From the IMG/VR virus record IMGVR_UViG_3300035676_000001: a DNA stretch of 64,000 bases; one strand, written 5' to 3'. Source of the DNA: a virus (Duplodnaviria > Caudoviricetes). This document shows, piece after piece, positions 17,859 through 26,706 of this stretch; within the stretch, counting starts at the first letter, position 1, and each line of letters starts with the position of its first letter. The translations under genes and the position numbers were made by a program. Below the pieces are notes generated by a model that did not search any database, had not been told where the DNA came from, and was given only the letters and a program-made list of their open reading frames with translations.

Positions 17859-17940
17859 TGGGCAGGGAGGGATTTGAACCCCCGTAGGCAGAGCCAGTGG
17901 ATTTACAGTCCACCTCCATTAACCACTCGGACACCTACCC
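17859..17940 (-). tRNA. tRNA-Tyr(GUA)
   Basis: GGGTAGG acceptor; GTGGA-CTGTAAA-TCCAC; variable arm; TTGACG-17-TACAAT promoter (17950-17978). Confidence 0.92.
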
Positions 17941-17999
17941 GACTTCTTTATTGTATCATTCTTTAGGGTAGTCGTCAACTAAAGAGATGCAGATTAAAC

Positions 18000-18683
18000 T
18001 TAACCATTGGAAACTATAGAAATTCCATCTAATGATTGTTCAGTTTTAAAAAGTTCAATAATATTACTATCGATAACATTTGGATCTACATACCAATCTT
18101 CAAAAGCGTGACCACAATTAAGAACATTTTTAGCAATTGATTCATATCCATAATCTCTAAAAATTTTTCTAGATTCCTCTACACATTCTGAAGAGGATCT
18201 ATAAGCATCAGTCTCATATGTAATCACAGAAAATCTGTAAGTATCTAATGGAAGATTTTTAAGGCAAGCAAGTGTTTGTTCTGCAGGATCAATGTCAAGT
18301 TGAAGATAATCAATCTGAGTTGAGAAATTATTTTCCTCAAAAATTTTACTATAATCTGCAGTAATTGCATTTGCACATATGCAATTATTTTTTCTAACTG
18401 AATTATAATGATTTACTTTCTCTGATTCAATTTCGAAAGAAACACCTTTCCAATCATATTCTGACTCTAAAAGATAGGTGTTATTAATCACAATTGGATC
18501 GTCTCCTCCAATTTCAATATAAGTTCCATTCTTCTTCCCATTCAGCATACTCAAAACAAACATATCCTGAAATGCTTGTGAGTAATTATTTTTAATGAGA
18601 TTTATATTTTTAAATTTATATTTTAAACTATTTGCATTTTCGGCAAAATATCTATGGCAATCATAGTCGGAAAAACTAGACAT
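18000..18683 (-). CDS. FkbM-like SAM-dependent methyltransferase
   Basis: YSQAFQDMFVL..NGTYIEIG..NNTYLLE..W.GVSFE and IDYLQLDID. Confidence 0.75.
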   Translation of the reverse strand: MSSFSDYDCHRYFAENANSLKYKFKNINLIKNNYSQAFQDMFVLSMLNGKKNGTYIEIGGDDPIVINNTYLLESEYDWKGVSFEIESEKVNHYNSVRKNNCICANAITADYSKIFEENNFSTQIDYLQLDIDPAEQTLACLKNLPLDTYRFSVITYETDAYRSSSECVEESRKIFRDYGYESIAKNVLNCGHAFEDWYVDPNVIDSNIIELFKTEQSLDGISIVSNG

Positions 18684-18753
18684 AATACTAAAAATAATTT
18701 TTAATAATAAAAAAGGGAGTATCGTAGCACTCCCCCTTATTTATTCTATTTTA

Positions 18754-19386
18754 TCAAACCTCTACCGTGATCAGTTTGGAAGCATACTCATGTGCATAAG
18801 ATGTACGGGCACCATGATGCCCCCAACCAATCCAACTATACGCATAGTCCATATAACGATTGATAGATTTACCAGGAGTCTTCATACGCTCCTCAATCTC
18901 CTTCCACTGGACTTCATTCGTAAGATAACGAAGTTGCGTGTGAAGTGATGATGGCGAACCACCAAACTTCTTAGCAAAATCACCCAATCCATAATAACGG
19001 TTGGCAGATGTCCATTGAATCAGTCCGTAACCACGTCCGCAGTTACCCCAACTGGTTCTACTACCACCTTCGCAAATATTAGGAACGAATGTTGATTCTT
19101 GTCTAATATTGCCCATAATGGTAGCAAGGGCGTTTCTGTCTTTAATTCCAATGTCCTGAAAATAATTCAGGGCTACATTTTCATTTTCATTACACCCTTT
19201 ACAAATTAGCCTTTTCTCTTTTGGCTTTTCGGGAGCAACCTCTTTGGTCGCTGTCGGCGTTTCAAACTCCTTAATAACAGAAAACGGCGCTGGGGGAGTC
19301 GTCAAAGGAGGAAATATCGGCAGTGTTGCCATATTGGTTGTAACCGATGCCAGGAGAGGCAGGGCTACAGTAAAGAAGTTTTGCAT
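18754..19386 (-). CDS. cell-wall hydrolase, phage tail-lysozyme-like domain with N-terminal signal/anchor
   Basis: ALATIMGNIRQES.F..GYGLIQWT..QLRYL. Confidence 0.7.
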   Translation of the reverse strand: MQNFFTVALPLLASVTTNMATLPIFPPLTTPPAPFSVIKEFETPTATKEVAPEKPKEKRLICKGCNENENVALNYFQDIGIKDRNALATIMGNIRQESTFVPNICEGGSRTSWGNCGRGYGLIQWTSANRYYGLGDFAKKFGGSPSSLHTQLRYLTNEVQWKEIEERMKTPGKSINRYMDYAYSWIGWGHHGARTSYAHEYASKLITVEV

Positions 19387-19533
19387 TTAATCGATTGAAC
19401 TCTACATCCGTATAGAGAAAGCGCACTTCCCTCTTCTCAGAGGGCAATCTCCACGGCTCTAAAATCACATCAAAATCTCATGATGTAATCCCTGTTATGG
19501 GATTTTTCATAATAAGTTAATATTTAGTATTTG

Positions 19534-19737
19534 TCAAGCGCCCTCAGACACTTCTTCAACTGTCTCTTCAGGTTCGGGAAGCACCACACCTATTTGCTGC
19601 AGATACTCAATAGCACCCTGAACTTTAAGAAAAAGTTCTCTTTTAGATGTTAATTGTCCGTTCAAACCATCAAGTTCTTGAGCAAGAGTTTGACGCTGTT
19701 GAATAAGATTTGCAAGATGTTGTTGTTGTTCGGTCAT
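19534..19737 (-). CDS. small coiled-coil protein
   Basis: 67 aa with a heptad pattern. Confidence 0.55.
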   Translation of the reverse strand: MTEQQQHLANLIQQRQTLAQELDGLNGQLTSKRELFLKVQGAIEYLQQIGVVLPEPEETVEEVSEGA

Positions 19738-19807
19738 TTCTATTATTAAAATATAATCTATTATACCATATATTTTACTAAATACTTACACACCATATTT
19801 TAGAACG

Positions 19808-20269
19808 ATGAAAAGATTAGCACTTATCTTTTCGTTATTCCTTACCACTCCTGCTTTTGCTGGCGAAATCACATCAAAAATCACTGACTCAATTCAATTA
19901 GGCGTTCAGGGTGCAGCGGTACAAACCGAAAGAGTTGGTGCCTCGTATGCGGTCTCAGGCACCAATATCAATGTAACAACTCTTGGAGGAGTTGGCGGCG
20001 CAGGTTCTTATGATATCAACACAAACGGACAAGCATTTAGTTTCTCTGAAACATCAATTACTGCAGATGTTGATGTTACCTCTCAGTCGGCAGCTTCTGG
20101 AACAATTGCTTCTCCCAACCTTTATGGCAACTCTACTACTCAGTTAGGTGGCTCTGCAGGTTCTCTTTCTGGTTCTCTAAGTGGAACTGGAGTTCCTAGC
20201 GTCACTGCTGGTGGTCCTGGAAGCACAGGAACAGCACAAAGAACCGTTGAGTTAAGCGTATTCAAGTGA
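19808..20269 (+). CDS. exported beta-rich protein A
   Basis: Signal peptide MKRLALIFSLFLTTPAFA; CTAAATA late promoter at 19778-19784. Confidence 0.7.
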   Translation: MKRLALIFSLFLTTPAFAGEITSKITDSIQLGVQGAAVQTERVGASYAVSGTNINVTTLGGVGGAGSYDINTNGQAFSFSETSITADVDVTSQSAASGTIASPNLYGNSTTQLGGSAGSLSGSLSGTGVPSVTAGGPGSTGTAQRTVELSVFK

Positions 20270-20628
20270 GACACATAACTCTCGGACTGCTTGCAGTTCT
20301 GGGAGTTATAAGTCCTTCATACGCTGGACCAGTAACTCCCAACTTCACCAGTGGGACCATTACCTCAGAGACTAAAACACGCACTGAAGTTATTGAAACT
20401 ATCAGGCAAGTAGAGTATTCTACTGGAACATCTTACACAGTCACTGGCACCAACATCAATATACCAGGAACTCCTGCTCCTGGTATGAATTACACCATTC
20501 AAACTCAAGGTGCTCCATTCCAATTTAGTGAGACTTATTTGACTCCTGGAGTGGCAAAAGAAACATGGATAGACAGAAAAACCACCGAAGATTCTGTAAC
20601 AAATACTATATCGGTCTTTACACAATAA
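20266..20628 (+). CDS. exported beta-rich protein B (paralogue of A)
   Basis: Signal peptide ending SPSYA; shares SY.V.GTNIN and F.FSET with protein A. Confidence 0.7.
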   Translation: MRHITLGLLAVLGVISPSYAGPVTPNFTSGTITSETKTRTEVIETIRQVEYSTGTSYTVTGTNINIPGTPAPGMNYTIQTQGAPFQFSETYLTPGVAKETWIDRKTTEDSVTNTISVFTQ

Positions 20629-21179
20629 TCGCATTAGCAACTCCAGCATTCGCAGAGTCTCCTTCTAATACGAATATTGCAGGACCCTCAGCATCTGCAA
20701 CTGGTAATGTAACTAACCAGGCAGTTCAGGTGCTTCAGGGTCCTTTTGCTTTGAATACTTATGGTGGTGGAGTCTCCTGCCAAGGTCCAACACTTAACTT
20801 TCAAACCTTTGGATATAATAACACCAATATGAATAATGATCCAGCAACTTATCAAACTGGATCAGTAAATGTTGGTGTTTCTGCAGGATTTTCAATTCCT
20901 CTTGATGGGTCTCTACAAGAACTTTGTAAAGCAAGAGCTCGCACAGAAATTACCAGACAGCAAGCAGAAGCAGATAAAGCAAGACTTGACTTTGAACTAG
21001 TGAGACTTTTGAAGTGTGGTGAAGCAAAGAAATCTGGAATTGACTTTCATCCTCTTTCACCTTACGCAAAAGTATGTGCTGATATCATCGTGCAACCACC
21101 CAAAATTGTTACAATTGACCCAGTAGGTTCAATAAATACTAAGTTACCGCAACAATCAAATGTCAAAGTCACCAAATAA
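20565..21179 (+). CDS. exported protein C with amphipathic beta-hairpin and coiled coil
   Basis: ALATPAFA cleavage site; NVGVSAGFSIPLDG followed by a long helix; 4 Cys in the mature part. Confidence 0.65.
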   Translation: MDRQKNHRRFCNKYYIGLYTIIALATPAFAESPSNTNIAGPSASATGNVTNQAVQVLQGPFALNTYGGGVSCQGPTLNFQTFGYNNTNMNNDPATYQTGSVNVGVSAGFSIPLDGSLQELCKARARTEITRQQAEADKARLDFELVRLLKCGEAKKSGIDFHPLSPYAKVCADIIVQPPKIVTIDPVGSINTKLPQQSNVKVTK

Positions 21180-21273
21180 GGGTAAGAAAGGTTCTGCTGG
21201 AGGAAAGCAATCCAAACAGAATCAGGGTAACGCAACCGCCAAAAAGGCTAAAAACGGCGGCAAGAAAAAATAA
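21160..21273 (+). CDS. 37-aa Lys/Gly-rich basic peptide
   Basis: MSKSPNKGKKGSAGGKQSKQNQGNATAKKAKNGGKKK; AATAAATA upstream. Confidence 0.55.
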   Translation: MSKSPNKGKKGSAGGKQSKQNQGNATAKKAKNGGKKK

Positions 21274-21282
21274 TGAGGTTTT

Positions 21283-21483
21283 ATGCCTAGAGAATGGAAC
21301 ACTCCAAAGAGGGAGTGTTGGAATGCTCCAATCCATCAAATACTCAAGGCAATAGATAATCACACAAGACTCTGGATGGAGACTGGTGATTACTGGCACG
21401 AAGAACAAGCAAATATATTAAGAAAATATGTAAAAGATTTAAAAGTATGGATTCACAAGCAGGAAGGATGTTGGGATGAATGA
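21283..21483 (+). CDS. hypothetical protein
   Basis: 66 aa; GAGG SD. Confidence 0.65.
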   Translation: MPREWNTPKRECWNAPIHQILKAIDNHTRLWMETGDYWHEEQANILRKYVKDLKVWIHKQEGCWDE

Positions 21484-21628
21484 GTTTCCTTGGGGTGTTT
21501 TTATAATTCTTTCTTCTGGATTAGTTTTTACTGCCTATGTGATTTACTACATATTAAGACTAGCCTATTTGGAGATGAACGATGAAACAAGTAGCACTGA
21601 TTCTATCAACAACAAGTCTTCTCATTAG
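21476..21628 (+). CDS. 50-aa membrane peptide (below ORF-track cutoff)
   Basis: MNEFPWGVFIILSSGLVFTAYVIYYILRLAYLEM... Confidence 0.5.
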   Translation: MNEFPWGVFIILSSGLVFTAYVIYYILRLAYLEMNDETSSTDSINNKSSH

Positions 21629-21794
21629 TGGTGCTCTTTGTGTGGGTGCTTATATGACCTACAAGAAAGCAGAAGCAATTCTCAACAATCCAGAACAATT
21701 TGTTGGTGCTGTTGTAGAGAAGCAAGTAAATAAAGCATTTGAGAGATTACCTATCCCCAAACTAAATACTGGGAAGTTTCAATTACCTTTCTGA
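21582..21794 (+). CDS. small membrane-anchored protein
   Basis: N-terminal TM helix; GGAG SD. Confidence 0.6.
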   Translation: MKQVALILSTTSLLISGALCVGAYMTYKKAEAILNNPEQFVGAVVEKQVNKAFERLPIPKLNTGKFQLPF

Positions 21795-22207
21795 TGGACA
21801 ATAAAGACCCCTATATCTACAGAATTCGTGAGATTCATAAGGTTGTAGATGGTGACACTATTGACGCTGATATTGATTTGGGGTTTGATATTTCTCTTAC
21901 TAAAAGGATTCGTCTTGCTGGTGTTGATACTCCTGAGTCACGCACAGCAGATACAAACGAAAAGAAATACGGACTTGAATCAAAAGAATGGTTGAAGCAT
22001 CGTTGCGAGAACGCTAAAAACATTCTGATCAAGACCGAACTTCCAGATTCTACAGAGAAGTATGGTCGCATCATCGGTCATCTGTTTATTAATGGTGAAG
22101 AGACTTCACTGAATAATCAGATGATTATTGAAGGTTATGCTTGGGAATATGATGGTGGAACAAAGAAAAAGAATTTCGCAGAACTAGACGCGAAGCGTAA
22201 GAAGTAA
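21794..22207 (+). CDS. staphylococcal-nuclease (SNase/thermonuclease)-like protein
   Basis: KVVDGDTID..RIRLAGVDTPES..KYGRI. Confidence 0.85.
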   Translation: MDNKDPYIYRIREIHKVVDGDTIDADIDLGFDISLTKRIRLAGVDTPESRTADTNEKKYGLESKEWLKHRCENAKNILIKTELPDSTEKYGRIIGHLFINGEETSLNNQMIIEGYAWEYDGGTKKKNFAELDAKRKK

Positions 22208-22966
22208 TCACTTTGAGTGAAATCTTTTGTATTGTTCTTTCTTTTCCTTCTTCTGTTCTTTCTTGAGTAACTTATTGACTTTCTTAAGAGACTGATTCTT
22301 TTCAAATGCAAAGAATATCTGCGTCTCATAAGGTGTTAAATCTTTATTCAGAAGTTTCTTACCGCGAACAAATAATTGATTTGCTATTGGTTTAAAGAAC
22401 TTGAGAAGAAACTCTACAGCAGATTTTCCCAGAATCGCAGCAGCAGTTGCAGCAACAGCAGTTGTTCCTGCTAATGCAACTTCTTTATTTGTTGGTACAG
22501 GAACCGCACCCAATATAGGAACTTGAATTTCAGGTGCTCCCATTTGAGTATTTGTAGTGGGTTGATCGGATAAATTCCGATTATCCTGAGTATTTTGAGC
22601 AGGAACTTGGACTTGAGGTAGTACCGGAGTTGTATCAGGAAGTCCTCTAGACTTTTCTTCCTTCTCCTCTTCTTTCTTTGGTTGTCCTGCTTTCACGGCA
22701 GCATTAAACTCTTCCTGTGTTGGAACATCAATCACAGGATAATTTAATGTGGGGTCTGGTACATTAAAAATAGGAAGCGACAGACCCCTTATAACAGGAA
22801 GTTCAGGTTTAGACCGTTGTATTTGCTCTACTATAGTCTGGGGAATCTCCTGGATCGCAGTTTGGGCAACCTGCGGTTGCTTCTGCAGCGATACCTGGCT
22901 CGACTGGAGCTGGGGTATCGACGACGAGTTCAGGTTCTGGAGTTCTTTCAGTTGGTTTATTGGCAT
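22208..22966 (-). CDS. Pro/Gln-rich hypothetical with a hydrophobic segment and basic C-terminus
   Basis: 252 aa ORF; start uncertain because it overlaps the upstream gene by 158 nt. Confidence 0.5.
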   Translation of the reverse strand: MPINQLKELQNLNSSSIPQLQSSQVSLQKQPQVAQTAIQEIPQTIVEQIQRSKPELPVIRGLSLPIFNVPDPTLNYPVIDVPTQEEFNAAVKAGQPKKEEEKEEKSRGLPDTTPVLPQVQVPAQNTQDNRNLSDQPTTNTQMGAPEIQVPILGAVPVPTNKEVALAGTTAVAATAAAILGKSAVEFLLKFFKPIANQLFVRGKKLLNKDLTPYETQIFFAFEKNQSLKKVNKLLKKEQKKEKKEQYKRFHSK

Positions 22967-23162
22967 CTTCTTTATCGTCCCCCTTCTTTAGGGTATCAAC
23001 TCCAAAGGTTGCTGCTGCAGCAGTGAATACTGTAGCAATAAAGGTGGGGTCCATCTTAGCAAGAAGACCAGCATAACTAGCGGTAAGTAATGCAGCACTC
23101 CAACTCAAAACAGAAATTCTAATGATTGTGCTCATACATTTTTCTCTTTTATTATCGCTCAT
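22809..23162 (-). CDS. two-TM membrane protein
   Basis: IIRISVLSWSAALLTASY..MDPTFIATVFTAAAATFGV; CTAAATA upstream. Confidence 0.6.
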   Translation of the reverse strand: MSDNKREKCMSTIIRISVLSWSAALLTASYAGLLAKMDPTFIATVFTAAAATFGVDTLKKGDDKEDANKPTERTPEPELVVDTPAPVEPGIAAEATAGCPNCDPGDSPDYSRANTTV

Positions 23163-23197
23163 TGGTCGTGAGTGAAGTTTCCCCAGTATTTAGGTTT

Positions 23198-25066
23198 TTA
23201 GAACCTAAACTTGACCTTACCAGCAATAGAATTGTTAGTAACTCCATTGTTTACACCGTGAGAACCTTCAACAAATAACACTTCTTTATAATCCACAGCA
23301 GCAGTCACACCATAAGAACTATCAGTTCCATAAGCACCTTCTACCTTCACACCAAAGAGGTTATTTTTCTTACCACCAAAACGAGTTTCTAGTTTGAGTC
23401 CTACCTCACCAACATGTGTTGTTTGATTAAACTCATCGACACTTCTAGCAGATTCTGAAGAACCAGTTTCAGTGTATGCGTTTCTCTTTACATTCTGAAC
23501 AGTATAACCAACAAATGGTTTTACTGATTTATTGAGATGCCAATATAAACGATTAGAAACCCACCACTCAGTTCCAGTTGTTTCACCAGCATTATTAAAG
23601 ACACCTTCTACATTTCTGTTATACTTGTAATTACTATTCGCAATCGCGGCATTAGTATTCAGAGTAAGTGTATTACCTCTCAATTCACTGAATACACCGA
23701 AGTGGTCTTTATTCTGTTGTGTGCTTGAGTCAACACCATTAAGGTTTATGTTAACTCTATTATACTGGAAACCAACAGTCCAACCTTTGGTTGCATCAAA
23801 CTCAAATCCACCACCGAAGATCTTAGAGTCAGCAGTGTATCCATCAGCATTGTATGACTGAACGAATCTGTTGTTCTCAAATACTCTCAATCTTTGCTTA
23901 CCTGCAGTTGGTTCGTGATTCAGAAGTCTATTGATACCAGTATTAATTCCATCAAGAACTTCTAACTGGTCAATGCGTCCAAAGTAATCTCTGTAAGTGT
24001 TAGCAACTTCAACAGTGGCCGCACCAAATGTAACTTGAGTAGCAGCACCGTTGGTGAATACTCTTGTGTACACAGGAGTAGTTGTAGTTGTGGTAGTTGT
24101 ATGTGCATGGATTTTCTGTCTTCCACCACTTTCAGATGCAGTGTGATTTACTGCAGAAACAGGAACAACACTAAAAGTTCTGGTTCTTACCCAATCAGAT
24201 ACAGTTGCTTGAGTTATAACAGAAGTTCCAGCATTATCATCAGTTGTTACTGTAGTTACAACTGGAGTTCCATTTGTTGTGGTAGTAGAATTATCAGACC
24301 AAGTTGTAACTGTTACTGGAGTTGTTGTAGTAGTAACTGTGGTTGTTGGAATCGTAATAACTTCTGTATCGGTATAATGAGTTTCAGTTTGATTTCCATT
24401 CGCATCAGTTCCCATCACATGTCTGTGAGGATTATTTGTTACAGTTCTGGTTCCAGCAGTTGTGCTAGTCGTAACAATATTAGAACCAGCAGCAGTTGAT
24501 ACTACTGTTGGTGCTGGTGGAGGTGTTCCACCAGTTTCGTAAATATCAAGAATACCATTCAGGTTAGCGTCACCAGAAAGAAGACCAGCAGAAAGACTTA
24601 CTGTACCTGTACGAATAACTTGCGATGATGGATCCCAGTCCATCGTTGGTTGTGCGATTGGGTTATAAGTAAACTGATAATCTCCCGCAGCAAGTCCCGT
24701 GAATGTAACACCCTGCCAAGTGTAACTATCCATTCCATATAATCTGGTAGGATCCCCATAAGGAATAAGATTAGTTCCATCAGACTGGAAATAGTTTGTA
24801 CCAGAAATTAGTCCGTCTGGCGTTGTATTTTGAAGAAGTGTCCAGTTGACGGTTGTTGGTGTAAATGTGGTTCCATTGACTCCCTCTAAAGTCATAGAAC
24901 CTTCTGTAAAGGTAGTTCCAGCGTGCCAAGAACCATACCAAAATGTAACTGTTCCACCGCTAGCACCAACATATCCTATAGAGTTGGTGTGAGATAATGC
25001 TGCTGTTGGCACTCCAAAAAGAAGCGCAGACGCTGCAGCCAGCGCCTTTTGCGTGTTAGTAGACAT
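23198..25066 (-). CDS. autotransporter-like outer-membrane protein (signal peptide, passenger, Thr-rich stalk, C-terminal beta-barrel)
   Basis: Signal ending TAALS; Thr-rich middle; alternating beta strands (GGGFEFD, VKPFVGYT); ends AGKVKFRF; start ATG 25066. Confidence 0.72.
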   Translation of the reverse strand: MSTNTQKALAAASALLFGVPTAALSHTNSIGYVGASGGTVTFWYGSWHAGTTFTEGSMTLEGVNGTTFTPTTVNWTLLQNTTPDGLISGTNYFQSDGTNLIPYGDPTRLYGMDSYTWQGVTFTGLAAGDYQFTYNPIAQPTMDWDPSSQVIRTGTVSLSAGLLSGDANLNGILDIYETGGTPPPAPTVVSTAAGSNIVTTSTTAGTRTVTNNPHRHVMGTDANGNQTETHYTDTEVITIPTTTVTTTTTPVTVTTWSDNSTTTTNGTPVVTTVTTDDNAGTSVITQATVSDWVRTRTFSVVPVSAVNHTASESGGRQKIHAHTTTTTTTTPVYTRVFTNGAATQVTFGAATVEVANTYRDYFGRIDQLEVLDGINTGINRLLNHEPTAGKQRLRVFENNRFVQSYNADGYTADSKIFGGGFEFDATKGWTVGFQYNRVNINLNGVDSSTQQNKDHFGVFSELRGNTLTLNTNAAIANSNYKYNRNVEGVFNNAGETTGTEWWVSNRLYWHLNKSVKPFVGYTVQNVKRNAYTETGSSESARSVDEFNQTTHVGEVGLKLETRFGGKKNNLFGVKVEGAYGTDSSYGVTAAVDYKEVLFVEGSHGVNNGVTNNSIAGKVKFRF

Positions 25067-25173
25067 AAAAATAGGTGAGTTGGTGTGGTAGAAATTCCTA
25101 AGAACTACCAAACACAACTCACCTTGGTGTGGGTTCGAGTTGCAGTTTCAACTCACTGGGTGAAACTATTTAT

Positions 25174-25839
25174 CTATCCTTTCTTCCAAGCTTCACCTTC
25201 TGCCTTTCTTCTACGAGCAAGTCCTGCTTCTACATTTGAACCAGGATTACGGTAGAGGTATAAAGCATCAGGAACTAAATCCCATTCTTTATTCTTCAAC
25301 CGTTTAGTAATAGTATTAAAGTTATCGCCACCGTAAAAACCGGCACCAAGATTATAAGCAAAGCTGAGCAGAGCGCCTCTTTGTCCATCTGACATTTCAC
25401 CCCAATGTGGAATTTTGCGTAATGAAGGAAGAAACTGATTCTTACACTGACTAATCAGTAGTTCATCTGCTTCTGCCTGAGTAATGGTATCGCCCATATG
25501 AAATGGAGAACCATCCTTCTTACGAGTGGAACCCCAACCGATTGTGATTGGGAGACCTCCTGTAAGTGGGTCAGGATATGCTTTGAGATGACATCCTTCA
25601 AACTCTTTAATAAGTTTGATGCCCATCATCGGCATATCATCACCACTAACTGCAGGAGCTGCAGCAGCAGAAACTGGTGCAGCACTAGTCTTTTTTCCGC
25701 GATAAATCTCCGCCCACTCTACATTATCTTCTAGGAACTTAACTGGAAGATTATCTTCTAACCACTGAACTCCCTTAATATGATTGGGGTTCTTTTCATC
25801 ATAGAACTTGAAAAAGTTGTGTAAATCTACTTTTGCCAT
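25174..25839 (-). CDS. GH24 lysozyme (endolysin) with N-terminal accessory domain
   Basis: LIKEFEGCHLKAYPDP..ITIGWGST (E-x8-D-x5-T-like), ALLSFAYNLG and GLARRRKAE; start ATG 25839. Confidence 0.9.
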   Translation of the reverse strand: MAKVDLHNFFKFYDEKNPNHIKGVQWLEDNLPVKFLEDNVEWAEIYRGKKTSAAPVSAAAAPAVSGDDMPMMGIKLIKEFEGCHLKAYPDPLTGGLPITIGWGSTRKKDGSPFHMGDTITQAEADELLISQCKNQFLPSLRKIPHWGEMSDGQRGALLSFAYNLGAGFYGGDNFNTITKRLKNKEWDLVPDALYLYRNPGSNVEAGLARRRKAEGEAWKKG

Positions 25840-25853
25840 TGTACTATCTCCTA

Positions 25854-26525
25854 TCAGTGAAAAATACGACCCCAACCATCATTGCCACCTGGGCACCAAC
25901 GATGCTTAAGCATTGCTTTTGTATAAATGGTCTTCTTACCATTCGTTACTGGACCAGTGTAGTTATCATTGCATGAACCATAAGGATCATTGCAATAGTA
26001 ACCTTTACCATCTGGAGTCTTACCGATGACTACAACCATGTGCCCGCCAGTAGGTGCAGATAGAGGACCACGGTGCAGGATACCAATAACGACAGGCTTC
26101 CCAGCATCAAGACTCTTATCAATATCAGAGAAAGAAAGATTGTAGCTAAAGTGTGACTTAACTCCATACCCTTCAAGAACACGAGTCTGTACCGCATGGT
26201 CAGTCGTGTCGCCAATCGCAAATACTTTCTTAACATACTCATCGTCGCCTTTAATTGAACCTGGCTTAAGGAAAGCAAGACACATGGCGCAAGATGAACT
26301 GTTGCAAGTTCTATGTGCGTCTCTATAATTATCTACTTGATTAAAATATGGAACATTTAGAACTGATGGTGTAGGGGGTTTCGTTCTAAAAATTCCTACC
26401 CAATCTGATTCAGAATCATCCAAGTATTGAGCAGGCAGATTGTCTTCTAACCACTGAACTGCTGCTACATGATTCTGATTATTTTCATCATAAAACTTAA
26501 AAAAGTTATGAAGATCTAAGGTCAT
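25854..26525 (-). CDS. peptidase C39-like protein with the same N-terminal accessory domain
   Basis: LNVPYFNQ.DN..RTCNSSSCAM (Cys), GGHMVVV (His), NDPYG (Asp). Confidence 0.8.
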   Translation of the reverse strand: MTLDLHNFFKFYDENNQNHVAAVQWLEDNLPAQYLDDSESDWVGIFRTKPPTPSVLNVPYFNQVDNYRDAHRTCNSSSCAMCLAFLKPGSIKGDDEYVKKVFAIGDTTDHAVQTRVLEGYGVKSHFSYNLSFSDIDKSLDAGKPVVIGILHRGPLSAPTGGHMVVVIGKTPDGKGYYCNDPYGSCNDNYTGPVTNGKKTIYTKAMLKHRWCPGGNDGWGRIFH

Positions 26526-26706
26526 TTTCTTCTCCTATGAATTCTAATGAAAAAACATCATGCTCTGGAATTTCTGGATCCATCCATTCACGAAATTCGG
26601 ACTGAATCGCTTGAGCATTTTCATAATTCTTTTCTTCACAAAGAGAATGAATTCGATCAACTGCCCAGTCATGTGATTGGCGAAGAGTCTTTTCCAAAGT
26701 TTCCAT
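26506..26706 (-). CDS. hypothetical protein
   Basis: 66 aa coupled ORF. Confidence 0.55.
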   Translation of the reverse strand: METLEKTLRQSHDWAVDRIHSLCEEKNYENAQAIQSEFREWMDPEIPEHDVFSLEFIGEENDLRSS

